NCBI GenBank assembly: GCA_012517255.1
Contig: JAAYVH010000159.1
Coordinates: 2,793 to 66,792, forward strand
Reading direction: 5' to 3'
From: Chthonomonadales bacterium
Lineage (GTDB): Bacteria > Armatimonadota > Chthonomonadetes > Chthonomonadales > CAJBBX01
DNA length: 64,000 nt
Made by a program: the position numbers and the translations under genes. A model generated the notes under the pieces. It ran no database searches, had not been told where the DNA came from, and saw nothing but the letters and a program-made list of their open reading frames with translations. Position 1 is the stretch's first letter. Every line of letters begins with the position of its first letter. Positions 16,903 to 29,109 of the stretch are shown here, piece by piece.

Positions 16903-17703
16903 TCAGTACTTCACCGGGCCTGCCGCAGCCTGGTCCTCGCCGACGCACTCGCGAACGGCCTGATGGGCGGCGCTGAGCATGAACCCGAGCTCGCTGCTGA
17001 CGGCGATGAACCGAAATCCTTCGGCTATGCGCCGATTGGCCTGCTCCGGGGTGCCCACATGGATGCCCGGTGCGATCCCGTGCCTCGCGGCCGTCTCGCG
17101 CAGCACGCGCAGCGCCTCCACGAACTCCGGCTCGTCCACCTCCATGGCGGGTGTCCGGCCCATGGATGCCAGCAGGTCGTTGGGGCCGATGAACATGCCG
17201 TCGAGGCCAGGCACGGAGAAGATCGCGTCGCAGTTCTCGACGGCGAGGTAATGCTCGGCCTGCACGATTACCAGTATCTCGTCGTTGGCGCGGTGGAAGT
17301 ACTCGGTGCCGTTGGTGGCGAAGTTCAGCACATGGCTGCCGCCGCCGACGCTGCGTCGGCCTGCGGGCGGGTACTTGCAGATGGCCACCGCCTCTTCGGC
17401 CTCCTCGCGCGAGTTGCACATGGGGAAGACGATGCCGAACGCCCCGGCGTCGAGCGCGCGCTTGGCGTTCTCCAGACTGATCGAGGGCACGCGGGCCAGA
17501 GGCACGCAGCCTGCGTCGGCAACCGCGCCGAAGATGGTCGCTGCCGTTTCCCAATCGGCGGGGCTGTGCTCGATGTCGAGAGTCAGCCACCGGAATCCCG
17601 ATCGGGCCATGAATCGCGCCGCTAGCGGGCTCGCAAGGGAGAGCCACGTGCCGACTTGCGGAACGCCGGCCTTCAGTTGATGCTTGACCGTATTGGATCG
17701 CAT
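16903..17703 (-). CDS. HpcH/HpaI-family 2-keto-3-deoxy-acid aldolase
   Basis: The N-terminus QLKAGVPQVGTWLSLASPLAARFMARSGFRWLTLDIEHSP and the later VIVQAEH / FIGPNDL motifs are characteristic of HpcH/HpaI aldolases. Confidence 0.85.
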   Translation of the reverse strand: MRSNTVKHQLKAGVPQVGTWLSLASPLAARFMARSGFRWLTLDIEHSPADWETAATIFGAVADAGCVPLARVPSISLENAKRALDAGAFGIVFPMCNSREEAEEAVAICKYPPAGRRSVGGGSHVLNFATNGTEYFHRANDEILVIVQAEHYLAVENCDAIFSVPGLDGMFIGPNDLLASMGRTPAMEVDEPEFVEALRVLRETAARHGIAPGIHVGTPEQANRRIAEGFRFIAVSSELGFMLSAAHQAVRECVGEDQAAAGPVKY

Positions 17704-17715
17704 GACGCAGGACTC

Positions 17716-18720
17716 CTAGGGACGTGATGGACGGGCACAGCGCAGCGCCGCCGAGTCATAGACCTCGGGATTCAGCGTGGCCGCGGGTGCGGTTCCTCGC
17801 ATGAGCTCCAGGACCTGATAGGCGGCCTTGTTGCACATGCGGCTGGCGGCTTCGCGGGCATTGAACGCATTGTGCGCGGTGAGGATGAGCCGGGGAGCCC
17901 TGCGGAGTGGATCATCCACAGGGAGCGGCTCGTGCACGGTGACATCCAGGGCCGCGCCGGCAATCGTCTCCGTTTCGAGCGCTTCGATCAGCGCGCCCTC
18001 ATCAACGAGTGCTCCGCGCGAGGTGTTGATGAAGAACGCCGACGGCTTCATCGAGGAAAACTGGGCTCGTGCGAACATGCGGGCCGTCTTAGGAGTCGAC
18101 GGCGCATGCACCGAGACGAAGTCGGCCTCGGCGAGGAGTTCGTTGAGGTCCGACACCATGACGACTTCGGTATGATCGGAGGCCGAATAGGCCGGATCAC
18201 AGGCCAGGATCCGCATGTCGAAGCCGGACATGCGCCGGGCGACGGCTCGCCCGATCTGCCCGTAACCCACCAGACCCAGTGTCTTTCCGGTGACGAGCGT
18301 GCCCGACAGTTCGCCCCATCCGCCAGCGTGTACGAGGGCGTCCAGCTCGCCCATGCGGCGGGCGCACATGAGGATGAGACCGACGGTGAAGTCCGCCACA
18401 GCATCCACCATGGCTCCCGGCGTGTTGGTGCATACGACGCCCGCACGAGTGGCGGCGGCCACATCCACGGCATCGTAGCCGACGCCGCATCGGGCCACGA
18501 TCTTGAGCGACGGGCATGCGGAGAAGACCTCTTCATTGTAGGTCTCTGAAGATGCCAGCGACGCATCGCATCCGTCGAGCAGCGCGATAAGTTCCTTGGG
18601 CGAGTACTTAATGAACACATCAGGCCTGACCACCTCGCATCCGGCCTCTTCGAGCGCGCGTATGCCGTCTTGCGCGTGGGCCCAGAATGCCCGGGATGTT
18701 GCCAGCACCTTCCAGCTCAT
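17716..18720 (-). CDS. D-isomer-specific 2-hydroxyacid dehydrogenase (phosphoglycerate-dehydrogenase-like)
   Basis: NAD-binding motif GLVGYGQIGRAVARR. The catalytic region (NTSRGALVDE ... LDVTVHEPL ... LTAHNA) is typical of the family. Confidence 0.85.
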   Translation of the reverse strand: MSWKVLATSRAFWAHAQDGIRALEEAGCEVVRPDVFIKYSPKELIALLDGCDASLASSETYNEEVFSACPSLKIVARCGVGYDAVDVAAATRAGVVCTNTPGAMVDAVADFTVGLILMCARRMGELDALVHAGGWGELSGTLVTGKTLGLVGYGQIGRAVARRMSGFDMRILACDPAYSASDHTEVVMVSDLNELLAEADFVSVHAPSTPKTARMFARAQFSSMKPSAFFINTSRGALVDEGALIEALETETIAGAALDVTVHEPLPVDDPLRRAPRLILTAHNAFNAREAASRMCNKAAYQVLELMRGTAPAATLNPEVYDSAALRCARPSRP

Positions 18721-18839
18721 ACGGTCTTACCTCCGACGATAGCCATGGCCGGTCTCAGCATCGTGCGCCGCCGTCCCGGCGGCAGAGCTTCGGCCAATCG
18801 GGTACCGGCGACACGCCGGCGCTAACACGCGGGATGTCG

Positions 18840-19889
18840 TCAGGCCGCCGCTGTCCACTGTTCCCAATCGCCTGCATAGATCACTTCCTCTTCCAGCGCG
18901 ACTCCGAACCGTTCCATGACGCGGCGCTTGACCTCCTCGGCAAGGTTCCGCACGTCGGAGGCGGTGGCCTGCCCGGTGTTCACGATGAAGTTGCCGTGCC
19001 GAGGGCTTATCTGCGCGTCGCCGCAGCGCAAGCCACGGCAGCCGCACGCCTGGCTGAGGTAGCCCGCAGGCACCACCCCTGCCTTCCGGAGGTCGTCAGG
19101 CAGGTCAGGCACGCGTTGCGCCAGCTCGGCATCGTAGACGTTCTTGAAGAAGCTGCCCGCCGAGGGAGCCCACGGCTGCCGCCATATGCGGTTGTGCTGA
19201 TAGCGGCGAGCCTCTGACCGGATCGTGTCGGCGCAACCGGGCTCAAGGCCAAGTTCCACGGCGACGAGGCAACCGGCCGGAGCGCCGCTGTGCCGCAGGC
19301 GACTGTCCCGGTAGCCAAACTGCATCCATTCCGGGCCGACCCAGCCGGTCTCGCCGGCGTGGGTGACGAGGACACGCCGGACGAGCGGCCCGATGCTGTG
19401 CCGATAGGCGCCTGCATTGGAAACGAGAGCTCCGCCCACCGAGCCGGGGATGCCTATGGCAAAGGCGAGCCCCGCGAGGCCTGCTTCCAGCGCCTTGAGC
19501 GACAGCAGGATCAGGCCGTGACCGGCAGCCGCATACGTCACCGGGCCGATGCTGCATGCCTGCGCGGCGTTGTGGATGACAATGCCCCTGATGCCGCGAT
19601 CGCTGATGCAGAGGTTGCTCCCGCCGGCGAGAACGAAGCAGGAAACTCCGATCCGCTGGGCAGCCGCGGCCGCCGTTGCCAGCTCATGCTCGGTCTCGAC
19701 CCGCAGATAGCGCTCCGCCGGGCCTCCCACGCGCAGCGTGGTCAGCGGTCTCAGACTCACATCTTCCCGGACGCGTTCGGCGAGTTCCGGTCCGATCGCC
19801 TCCAGCCAGCCCCTAATCAACGATGGATCGGACGGCGGCAATGATGGCATCCTCGCCGGGGATGGCAGCCTGCTCGAGTTCCCTGGCAT
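18840..19889 (-). CDS. murB: UDP-N-acetylenolpyruvoylglucosamine reductase
   Basis: LTTLRVGGPAERYL, LAGGSNL, GIPGSVGGA and the C-terminal SAGSFFKN motifs are present. An alternative ATG at 19850 would shorten the overlap with pdhB. Confidence 0.85.
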   Translation of the reverse strand: MPGNSSRLPSPARMPSLPPSDPSLIRGWLEAIGPELAERVREDVSLRPLTTLRVGGPAERYLRVETEHELATAAAAAQRIGVSCFVLAGGSNLCISDRGIRGIVIHNAAQACSIGPVTYAAAGHGLILLSLKALEAGLAGLAFAIGIPGSVGGALVSNAGAYRHSIGPLVRRVLVTHAGETGWVGPEWMQFGYRDSRLRHSGAPAGCLVAVELGLEPGCADTIRSEARRYQHNRIWRQPWAPSAGSFFKNVYDAELAQRVPDLPDDLRKAGVVPAGYLSQACGCRGLRCGDAQISPRHGNFIVNTGQATASDVRNLAEEVKRRVMERFGVALEEEVIYAGDWEQWTAAA

Positions 19890-20790
19890 AGGGCATGGGG
19901 ACGTCGGCGCCTCCTACGCGACGGATGGGAGCGTCGAGCTCGTCGAACGCCTCGTCGGCCAGACGCGCCGCCACCTCGGCAGCAAAGCCGACGTTGAGCC
20001 ACTCCTCCTGAACGACGACGACTCGATGGGTGCGCGCCACCGAAGCGATGATCGTCTCCATGTCGAGGGGAACGAGCGTGCGCAGATCCACGACTTCACA
20101 GGACACGCCGGACGCTTCGAGCTTCTCGGCGGCCTTGAGGCACTTGCCCACCATAAGCGAGTAGGCGACGAGGGTCACATCCGTACCCTCACGGCGTATC
20201 TCGGCTCGACCGAACGGCACGGTGAAGTCCGGATCGTCGGGAACCTCGCCTCGCTGAGCGTACAGCCCTGCGTGCTCCATGAAGATGACCGGGCTGTTGT
20301 CGCGAATGGCGGTCTTCAAGAGACCCTTGGCGTCGGCCGGCGTGAACGGCAGCACAACCTTGAACCCGGGAGTGTGGGCATACCACGATTCGAGGCTCTG
20401 GGAGTGCTGAGCAGACAGTTGGTTGCCCGTTCCGGCAGGCCCGCGAAACACGGCCGGACATGTCACTCTCCCGCTCGACATGTAGGTGATCTTGGCGGCG
20501 TGGTTCACGAGCTGGTCCATAGCCGACAGAGCGAACGACCAGGTCATGAACTCGGCGATGGGCCGCAGTCCCGCCATGGCGGCGCCGGTTGCCAGGCCTG
20601 CGATGGCTATCTCGGAAATCGGCGTATCCACAACCCGCATGGGCCCGAACCGAGACAGCAGTCCTTCGGTGACACGGAATGTGCCCTGATACTGGCCGAC
20701 CTCTTCGCCGCAGACGAAGACCGTGGGGTCGCGCTCCATCTCCTCAGTCATGGCGAGGCGCAACGCCTCGGAGTATCGCATCAATGGCAT
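19813..20790 (-). CDS. pdhB: pyruvate/2-oxoacid dehydrogenase E1 component, beta subunit
   Basis: The protein starts MPLMRYSEALRLAMTEEMERDPTVFVCGEEVG 8 nt downstream of the pdhA stop. It looks like a typical transketolase-like beta subunit throughout. The ORF-track start at 20943 is an upstream extension. Confidence 0.9.
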   Translation of the reverse strand: MPLMRYSEALRLAMTEEMERDPTVFVCGEEVGQYQGTFRVTEGLLSRFGPMRVVDTPISEIAIAGLATGAAMAGLRPIAEFMTWSFALSAMDQLVNHAAKITYMSSGRVTCPAVFRGPAGTGNQLSAQHSQSLESWYAHTPGFKVVLPFTPADAKGLLKTAIRDNSPVIFMEHAGLYAQRGEVPDDPDFTVPFGRAEIRREGTDVTLVAYSLMVGKCLKAAEKLEASGVSCEVVDLRTLVPLDMETIIASVARTHRVVVVQEEWLNVGFAAEVAARLADEAFDELDAPIRRVGGADVPMPYARELEQAAIPGEDAIIAAVRSIVD

Positions 20791-20797
20791 GGCCGCA

Positions 20798-21808
20798 TCA
20801 TCCTTCCGCGTACACGTGTTCGTAAAGGGACTCCAATGGCGGAGGCGGGCTCTCTTCGGCGAATCGGATCGCGTCCTCGATCGTGGCGCGGATTTCGGAC
20901 TCCATAGCCTCATCGTCGGCGTCGGTGAGCGCCCCGTGCGCAACCAGCAGGTTGCGGAGCTTGATCAGGGGATCGTGCTCTTTCCACGCAGCGATCTCAT
21001 CTTCGGTTCGATAGAAGCGCTGCTGCTGGGCATTGTCGGCGACGCCATGGCCCACGAAGCGGTAGGTGCGCATCTCGAGGAACTGCGCCCGTACCTCCTC
21101 TCGAGCCCGGGCAATGGCGCGTCCGGCAGCATCGCGCACGGCCAGGATGTCCATACCGTCCACGGTCTCAGCGTCGATGCCGTGGGCCTGCGCCTTCAAG
21201 ACCATCTCCGGTTGGCCGGTCGAGCGCTCGACCGAGGTGCCCATGGCGTAGCCGTTGTTCTCCAGGATGTAGACGATGGGCAGTCCATAGAGCCCTGCCA
21301 TGTTGAGCGCCTCATGCACGCCCCCCTGGTTCATGGCGCCGTCGCCGAAGTAGCAGAGGCAGACGTTCTTGTCGCCGCGGTACTTGATCGCGAAGCCGAC
21401 ACCCACGGATACGGGCACCGGTCCGCCCACGATGCCGTCGCCTCCCAGGAAGCCGTTGGCGGGATCAATGAGGTGCATGGAGCCGCCCTTGCCGCCGGCG
21501 CATCCTGTGGCTTTCCCCATGAGCTCCGCCATGATCGCTCGCGGAGATGTGCCGCAGGCGATGGCGTGGGCGTGATCCCGATAGGTGCACAGCACGTAGT
21601 CGCCCTTGATGAGCTGAGGTATCACCCCCGCGACGAGAGCTTCCTGACCGTCGTACCGGTGCAGGTAGCCCCCGATCTTGCCTTCCCGGTACTTGCGGTA
21701 CAGGCTCTCCTCAAAGCGGCGCATCAGCAGCATGAGCCGATAGGTGGCAAGAAGGTCGGCGTCTCCCTGATCGGAGGCAGCGCTGGCTGCGACAGACTGT
21801 ATGGACAT
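20798..21808 (-). CDS. pdhA: pyruvate/2-oxoacid dehydrogenase E1 component, alpha subunit
   Basis: LMRRFEE, YRDH and the TPP-binding motif GDGAMNQG...ENNGYAMGT are present. Confidence 0.9.
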   Translation of the reverse strand: MSIQSVAASAASDQGDADLLATYRLMLLMRRFEESLYRKYREGKIGGYLHRYDGQEALVAGVIPQLIKGDYVLCTYRDHAHAIACGTSPRAIMAELMGKATGCAGGKGGSMHLIDPANGFLGGDGIVGGPVPVSVGVGFAIKYRGDKNVCLCYFGDGAMNQGGVHEALNMAGLYGLPIVYILENNGYAMGTSVERSTGQPEMVLKAQAHGIDAETVDGMDILAVRDAAGRAIARAREEVRAQFLEMRTYRFVGHGVADNAQQQRFYRTEDEIAAWKEHDPLIKLRNLLVAHGALTDADDEAMESEIRATIEDAIRFAEESPPPPLESLYEHVYAEG

Positions 21809-21826
21809 GATGAACGATATCTCCTC

Positions 21827-24800
21827 TTACGCCTTCGCTCCCGGAGGTCGAGCCGCGCCGTCTCTGAGGGCGTTGTCCAGCACCTTCAGGATATCCTCGA
21901 CCTCGGCGACGACGTTCGGACCGCTCAGCCGCAGCACGACGGAATCGGCGGTGAAGCGCGTGTCCTTGAACATGTGGGTCAGCAGGTTGAGCGCGCGCGC
22001 CGTGAGTCGGACTCCGGGCGCAAACTTGAGCCAGACGTTTCGGTTTTCGTGACGCACCGACGAAATCCCTGCTTGCTTGGCCAGAAGCCGGATTCGCAGG
22101 ACCTCCAGAGCGTTCCATACGGGTCGCGGAGGGTCGCCGTAACGGTCATGAAACTCGTCGAGCAGCTCCTCGACATCTTTGAGCGATGTCACGCCCGACA
22201 TGCGCTTGTAGAAGAAGATGCGCTCGGCCTCGTTGGGAATGTAGTCCACCGGTATGTGCGCCGTCAGCGGAAGGTCGGCCTCGGGCAGCGTCTCGTCCGT
22301 GTATTCGACCCCACGCGTTTCGGCCACGGCCTGAGCCAGCAGGCGGCAATACATGTCGAAGCCTACCGAGCTCATGGCGCCCGATTGCTCGGAGCCGAGC
22401 AGGTTGCCGGCGCCCCGTATTTCGAGGTCCCGCATGGCGATCTGATAGCCCGATCCCAACGCGGTGAACTCGCGAATGGCGAACAGCCGCTGCTCGGACT
22501 CCTCGGTCAGGAGCCTCCCTTTGGGCACGAGCAGATACGCATAGGCCTGCCGACTGGATCGGCCCACACGGCCCCGCAACTGATAGAGCTGGGCGAGCCC
22601 CATGCGGTCGGCGTTCTCCACGATGATGGTGTTTACGTTGGGAATGTCGAGCCCGTTCTCGATGATGGTGGTGCAGACGAGAACGTCGCACTCCTGCAGA
22701 TAGAAGCGGTGCATGACGCGTTCGAGTTCGTCCTCGGACATCTGTCCGTGTCCGATGCTCAGGCGCGCGTCGGGAACGAGCCTCTGCACCCGCATGGCGA
22801 CTTGCTCGATGGTCTCCACGCGGTTGTGCACATAGTAGACCTGGCCGCCGCGCGCCAGCTCGCGCGAAATGGCGTCACGCACCAGATCGTCGTCATACTC
22901 CCGCACATGGGTCACGATGGGCAGTCGGCCCCCCGGCGGGTCCTCGATCACGCTGAGTTCACGCAGACCCGAGAGCGCCATGGAGAGGGTGCGGGGAATG
23001 GGCGTTGCGGTGAGCGTCAGCACGTCGACGGATCTGCGCAGTTGCTTGAGACGCTCCTTCTGTGCCACTCCGAACCGCTGTTCCTCGTCAATGATCACCA
23101 TGCCGAGGCTCTTGAACTCGACATCCCTGGACAGCAGGCGGTGGGTGCCGATGACGATGTCCGTCGCGCCGGCCTTAAGGTTGCCGATGGTCTGCTTCTG
23201 CTCGGCCCGCGAGCGAAATCGGCTGAGCAGTTCGACTCGGATCGGATAGGCGGCCAGTCGCTCGGTAAAGGTCGTGTGATGCTGCGCTGCCAGCACCGTC
23301 GTGGGGCAGAGGACGGCCACCTGTTTGCCGCTCTCGACGACCTTGAACGCCGCTCGGATAGCGACCTCGGTCTTTCCGAACCCAACATCGCCGCAGATCA
23401 GCCGGTCGGCAGGCTTGTTCTGGCTCAGGTCGGCCTTCACGTCCGCGATGGCGCGAAGCTGGCCGGGCGTCTCTTCGTAGGGGAAGGCCTCCTCCATCTC
23501 CGCTTGCCAGGGGGAGTCGTCGCCGTACACGGGCCTGTCGGCGGCCTCGCGCGCGGCGTAGAGCTCAACCAGCTCCCGAGCCAGGTCGCGCGCCTGCTCT
23601 TTGACCCGGCGCGTGGTGCGCTGCCAGTCCGTACCCAGCATGCGGTTGACCGTCGGTCGGGCGCCCTCTGCTCCGACGTAGCGCTGCACGCGGTCAATCT
23701 GGTCTGCCGGAACGTAGAGCCGATCTGGTCCCGCGTACTGGATGAAGATGTAGTCCTTCTCGGCGCCGTCTATGGTCCGCTTGACGAGACCCCGATAGAT
23801 GCCGATGCCGTACGCAACGTGCACGACGTAATCGCCTTCGCGCAGATCGAGCAGCGTCGAGATCGGTATGCCGCCCGTGGCGCCGCGGCGGGCCGTGACC
23901 GGCCGTGCCGTTCCGTAGAGCTCATGGTCGGTGATGATGTAGAGGCGCGCCTCGTCGAACTTCACGCCCTGCCGCAGGCGTCCTTCGAGCACCACCATGC
24001 CTCCGGCATGAGCGGACCCAGCGCCATCCGCGCTCGGTTCGGCGAGCGGCACTCCAAGCTCGGCGAGAACCTCGCGCGTCCGCTGAGGCTGACCGGTGAC
24101 GGTCGCGCAGAATGCGCCCTGCTCCAGCCAGCGCGTCACCTCGTCCTTGAGGAAGTCCGTGCGGCTTCGGAACGATTCCATCGCCGCCGAATGGACGCTC
24201 AGCGTTGCCGTTGCCGGCGCTCGCTGCCATGCAGCGCCCAGAGGGCTGAACTGAACGGCGGCGGGCATCGCGGCGAGGCGATCCAGCGAGGTCTCGTCGA
24301 GGTCGGCAAGGCCCGCCTCGGACGGCAGAATCGCGGTTCCCTGATCGGCAAGGCGCTCATCGGCCTGCGCGCGGTCTTCCAGCATGCGCGTCCAGTGCGC
24401 TTCCATCTGGGCTGGATCATCGAGCACCACCAGAGGCGCAGGCGCGGCGTCGTCGCCTGTAACGCCGGTCCAGCCGTGGATCAGATAGTCCAGAGCGCAG
24501 ATCGGCTCGGGCACGAGGAACGGCAGATACTCGCCCACATGGTCGAAGTAGTCGCCGGCCGTGAGCATGGCAAGATCGCCGCCGACTCGGTCGTCGAGCG
24601 TCTCCGCGGCATCCTTCTGGCCGGCTGCCATGAGTGCGCGGCGTCGGAGGTCCCAGGCCGATCGGATCAGGGGCTCGGCTCGCGCGCCGAGCTCTGGAGT
24701 CAGGATTACGGGATGGACCGGCAGGATGCGAGCGCGCTCCAGATGGCCGGTGGATCGCTGGGTGCCGGCGTCGAATGTCCGCACGCTCTCGATCTCGTCG

Positions 24801-25447
24801 CCGAGCCACTCCACGCGCATCGGGGCCTGCTCGCCGGCGCCGAAGACATCCACGATGCCGCCTCGCCGCGCGAACTGACCGGGCGCTGTGACCGTCGTCG
24901 TGCGCGCGTAGCCCAGTCTGACGAGCCTCCGGGCCAGTTCGCCGATATCCGTCCGCGAACCCACGGTCAGCTCGATGGCGGCGTTCATGGTCTCGGCCGG
25001 AGGTCCGACCCGCTGAAGAACGCTCTCAGGCGTCGCGACCACAATGGCGGGGATCGGCGATGCCAGCGCCGCCAGCGCCCCCATCCGCTCGCTCAGGGCG
25101 ACGTGGTCCACGGTACTGCGCAGCACGGGGTCACGATCCTGGGCGGGGAGGGCATAGACGCGATCCGGGTCGGCGGCGAGCTGGCGTAGATCGTCGCACA
25201 GACGGTCCACCTGATCCTGCTGATAGGTCACGACGAGCGTGGGACCGGGCTGACGCAGCGCAATGGCAGCTGCGACGAGGCTCCGGGCAACGCCGGCGAG
25301 GCCGTCTATTCTGAGTCGCCCTCCCCTGCACTGCAGGGACTGGATCTGCGAGGTTAGTTCGGGGACACGGTCAACGTGCCGAGCAAGCTGATGGAGGCCC
25401 ATTCTGTTGGAAGGCCCGCGAATGGCCGTCGCGGGAAGCGACGGCAT
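21827..25447 (-). CDS. mfd: transcription-repair coupling factor
   Basis: 1206 aa. UvrB-homology N-terminus, then a CarD-like block (GDYVVHVAYGIGIY), superfamily-2 helicase motifs (GDVGFGKTEVA, DEEQRFG, TATPIPRT) and a TRG region. Confidence 0.95.
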   Translation of the reverse strand: MPSLPATAIRGPSNRMGLHQLARHVDRVPELTSQIQSLQCRGGRLRIDGLAGVARSLVAAAIALRQPGPTLVVTYQQDQVDRLCDDLRQLAADPDRVYALPAQDRDPVLRSTVDHVALSERMGALAALASPIPAIVVATPESVLQRVGPPAETMNAAIELTVGSRTDIGELARRLVRLGYARTTTVTAPGQFARRGGIVDVFGAGEQAPMRVEWLGDEIESVRTFDAGTQRSTGHLERARILPVHPVILTPELGARAEPLIRSAWDLRRRALMAAGQKDAAETLDDRVGGDLAMLTAGDYFDHVGEYLPFLVPEPICALDYLIHGWTGVTGDDAAPAPLVVLDDPAQMEAHWTRMLEDRAQADERLADQGTAILPSEAGLADLDETSLDRLAAMPAAVQFSPLGAAWQRAPATATLSVHSAAMESFRSRTDFLKDEVTRWLEQGAFCATVTGQPQRTREVLAELGVPLAEPSADGAGSAHAGGMVVLEGRLRQGVKFDEARLYIITDHELYGTARPVTARRGATGGIPISTLLDLREGDYVVHVAYGIGIYRGLVKRTIDGAEKDYIFIQYAGPDRLYVPADQIDRVQRYVGAEGARPTVNRMLGTDWQRTTRRVKEQARDLARELVELYAAREAADRPVYGDDSPWQAEMEEAFPYEETPGQLRAIADVKADLSQNKPADRLICGDVGFGKTEVAIRAAFKVVESGKQVAVLCPTTVLAAQHHTTFTERLAAYPIRVELLSRFRSRAEQKQTIGNLKAGATDIVIGTHRLLSRDVEFKSLGMVIIDEEQRFGVAQKERLKQLRRSVDVLTLTATPIPRTLSMALSGLRELSVIEDPPGGRLPIVTHVREYDDDLVRDAISRELARGGQVYYVHNRVETIEQVAMRVQRLVPDARLSIGHGQMSEDELERVMHRFYLQECDVLVCTTIIENGLDIPNVNTIIVENADRMGLAQLYQLRGRVGRSSRQAYAYLLVPKGRLLTEESEQRLFAIREFTALGSGYQIAMRDLEIRGAGNLLGSEQSGAMSSVGFDMYCRLLAQAVAETRGVEYTDETLPEADLPLTAHIPVDYIPNEAERIFFYKRMSGVTSLKDVEELLDEFHDRYGDPPRPVWNALEVLRIRLLAKQAGISSVRHENRNVWLKFAPGVRLTARALNLLTHMFKDTRFTADSVVLRLSGPNVVAEVEDILKVLDNALRDGAARPPGAKA

Positions 25448-25480
25448 TATACCAGCGCGGACCTATCGGGCGGGCGCTCC

Positions 25481-25846
25481 CTATCGCTCGGAGGGCGGGG
25501 CGCCGACGCCATCCCCCATGAGGCGAGACTGGCCCTTTTTGACGAAGCCGCTCTCGCGGAGGATGCGGAGCTTGCCCTCATCGGTCTCGGCGAGTTCGGC
25601 CTGCTTGCGCAGCGTCTCTTTCTCGCGCTGTTTGATGAGGGCAACGCGCTCGATGCGACGATTGCCGCGTTCGACGACGGCGGCCTGGCGAAACGGTTCA
25701 GCGATCAGCGGATACGCCCGGTAGCCGACGACGCTCAGTGCAAGGAGCCCCGTCATCCAGAGCAACACCCGCACGGCCCGCGGGACGCTTTGTGAGCCTG
25801 CTCGGTTGTCAACGCGAGCGCGGCCATCCTTGCCGCTTCGCTTCAT
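25481..25846 (-). CDS. septum formation initiator (FtsB/DivIC-like) small bitopic protein
   Basis: One TM helix (VLLWMTGLLALSVVGY) followed by a charged coiled-coil segment. It lies directly downstream of eno, a common eno-ftsB arrangement. Confidence 0.55.
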   Translation of the reverse strand: MKRSGKDGRARVDNRAGSQSVPRAVRVLLWMTGLLALSVVGYRAYPLIAEPFRQAAVVERGNRRIERVALIKQREKETLRKQAELAETDEGKLRILRESGFVKKGQSRLMGDGVGAPPSER

Positions 25847-25887
25847 CGCTGCACCTCCTCTGCGACTACAGAGGCGTCTGCCAATGG

Positions 25888-28207
<2,320 letters not shown>

Positions 28208-28208
28208 G

Positions 28209-29090
28209 ATGGACCGCCCCGTCGGCATCATCTGCCGCAACGTAGTCTCCATGCGCTGCCGGCCCGACGCGCTGTCGGAATCGGTCAGCCAGGCGCTCTG
28301 GGGCGAGCGCGTCGCGTTGATGGCCGACTCCCGCGGATTCGCGCTCATCGAGACGCCGGATGGGTACCGCGGGTGGGTGATCGCCGATGCTGTCTGCCCC
28401 GCTCTCTCCCTGACAGGCCGCAGCAGCACGCGTTTGCGAGATACCGGCGCCGAACCGGCGGCCCATGCGTCCGGCCTCTGGGGGACAGACGAACAAGAGC
28501 GGGTGATCGGCGAGCTTCTGGCGCCGCTGCGGACTCAGCCTCGATCCGACGCCCGTCCTATCACGCTGCTAACGATCGGTGCGCGAGTGACCATGGCTGC
28601 CGGCTCCGATGATGACGGGTATGCGCCCATCGCATTGCCCGGAGGCGGCATCGGCTTCGTCGAGACGAGCGCCATCAGGGAGCCGCCATCCGCCCGAATC
28701 GCCTCCCGAGAGGAGCTGGCTCACGAGGCCTTCCGCTTCATGGGCATTCCCTACCTCTGGGGCGGACGCTCGACGTTCGGCATGGACTGTTCGGGCTTCG
28801 TCCAGATGGTCTACGGGCTCCACGGCACGATCCTACCGCGGGACGCCTACCTGCAGGCGGCCTGGACTGGCGCGGAGCCCGTGGAACGCAACGGCTTGAG
28901 CCCGGGCGATCTCGTGTTCTTCGGCGGCGACGATCCAAGGGGGAGGGGCATCACGCACGTTGGAATGGCGCTCGATCCTCCGGACTTCATCCATGCAGCG
29001 GGCGGAACCGGCGTAACGATCAGTTCGCTGGAGGATCTGCCCTACAGCGCGATCTACCGTTGTGCCGTGCGCCCACGCCTCACGGCATGA
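28209..29090 (+). CDS. NlpC/P60 (C40) peptidoglycan endopeptidase with N-terminal SH3b-like region
   Basis: Catalytic core GIPYLWGGRSTFGMDCSGFVQMVYG ... GDLVFFGG ... ITHVGMAL ... FIHA, giving a Cys-His-His arrangement. Confidence 0.85.
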   Translation: MDRPVGIICRNVVSMRCRPDALSESVSQALWGERVALMADSRGFALIETPDGYRGWVIADAVCPALSLTGRSSTRLRDTGAEPAAHASGLWGTDEQERVIGELLAPLRTQPRSDARPITLLTIGARVTMAAGSDDDGYAPIALPGGGIGFVETSAIREPPSARIASREELAHEAFRFMGIPYLWGGRSTFGMDCSGFVQMVYGLHGTILPRDAYLQAAWTGAEPVERNGLSPGDLVFFGGDDPRGRGITHVGMALDPPDFIHAAGGTGVTISSLEDLPYSAIYRCAVRPRLTA

Positions 29091-29109
29091 CCGCGGGTTA
29101 CGGCATTCC

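Noticed and set aside
20723-25189. A 1488-aa ORF on the + strand, the longest ORF in the window.
   Set aside because: It is entirely antisense to the well-supported pdhA and mfd genes. Its translation is Arg/Ala/Gly/His-rich low-complexity sequence with no motif. This is a typical shadow ORF of GC-rich DNA.
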